From Anaeramoeba ignava BMAN (taxonomy: Eukaryota > Protista > Anaeramoebae): 22,624 nucleotides of DNA. Where the stretch lies: NCBI GenBank assembly GCA_028826165.1, contig JAPDFW010000084.1, positions 325,615 to 348,238 on the forward strand, in the 5' to 3' direction. A program made the position numbers and the translations under genes. Below, piece after piece: positions 21,996 through 22,624 of the stretch (its first letter is position 1; every line of letters starts with the position of its first letter). The notes under the pieces are model-generated. The model did no database searches. It saw nothing but the letters and a program-made list of their open reading frames with translations, and had not been told where the DNA came from.

Positions 21996-22055
21996 CAAAA
22001 TTAAAATCAAAATCAAAATCATTTTTCATTTTTTTCATTTTTTTACTTTTCAAAA

Positions 22056-22624
22056 ATGAATGAAATTATATTTTTTGGAAGAAATCAATATCCAATTCTT
22101 TTCAAAAATGAACCAAATGAAATAACAAAACCAATTCAATTTAAATTTGAAAATGAAAATGAAAATAAAAATGAAAATAAAAAACAAATTAAACAAATTT
22201 CATCAAGTTATTTTGGAACATTTTTCCTTTTTAAAAATGGAAAAGCAATAGAATATTCAAAACAAAATCCTGAAAAAATCCAAATTGAAAATATTCAAAA
22301 AGTATCTGTTGGTTCTGATAATGAAGCTATTTTAACAAAAGAAGGAAGTGTATTTGCCAAAGGAAAAGATATTAATCCAAAAAATCCAAAAGAATTTATC
22401 AATATTTCATCATTAATTGAAGATACAAATGATAGAATAATTCAAGATATTGTTTCTGGAGCTCTTGCAATTTACTTATTAACTTCAAATCAAAATGCTT
22501 ATGGAATTGGTTCAAATTATTCTGGTCAACTTGGTTTTGATTATGAAATACTTAAAAAAACAGAAAAACCAATTTTAATGATGAAAAATGTTTCTAAAAT
22601 ATTTTCAGGAAATTCTTCAAATCA
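22056..22624 (+). CDS. RCC1 (+ presumably BTB) protein, copy 5, 5' part; runs off the window end
   Basis: ATG at 22056; MNEIIFFGRNQYPILFKNEP...VSVGSDNEAIL...VSGALAIYLL...GSNYSGQLGFDYEIL, open to the end of the window. Confidence 0.88.
   Translation, partial: MNEIIFFGRNQYPILFKNEPNEITKPIQFKFENENENKNENKKQIKQISSSYFGTFFLFKNGKAIEYSKQNPEKIQIENIQKVSVGSDNEAILTKEGSVFAKGKDINPKNPKEFINISSLIEDTNDRIIQDIVSGALAIYLLTSNQNAYGIGSNYSGQLGFDYEILKKTEKPILMMKNVSKIFSGNSSN

Noticed and set aside
5740-22520. Diversity-generating retroelement (NNT codons at variable sites resemble AAY mutagenesis)
   Set aside because: No reverse transcriptase or template repeat in the window; third-position T is expected from AT bias and several variable codons end in A or C.
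185-22624. Inteins or transposons
   Set aside because: No Hint C/S...HN motifs, homing endonuclease, transposase or RT motifs, or terminal repeats were recognised.

Overview
Extremely AT-rich eukaryotic (protist) nuclear DNA. Spliceosomal introns, microsatellite-laden coding regions, RCC1-BTB and ankyrin-BTB gene families and TCATTT initiator-like motifs suggest an Anaeramoeba-like metamonad; this is inference, not verified. Ten genes are supported: a 3-exon WDR7/rabconnectin-3beta homologue, five RCC1-propeller + tandem-BTB paralogues (two tandem clusters, the last copy truncated by the window edge), a ~1170-aa ankyrin + tandem-BTB gene, a 3-exon LIM/coiled-coil gene with a C-terminal DDDW motif, an unknown basic protein, and a 2-exon Cys-rich type I membrane protein. 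The main signal is a candidate 'variable sensor + constant double-BTB' repertoire. The RCC1 paralogues are near-identical except at the same two loop classes of each blade, which are hypervariable and aromatic-rich, and the ankyrin repeats vary at their hairpin tips. There is also evidence of module shuffling: an N-terminal swap at a microsatellite, a duplicated CaaX tail cassette and repeat copying. All five introns are AT tandem-repeat arrays ending in AAG with no polypyrimidine tract. Eight small frameshifts in six genes are most likely long-read consensus errors.
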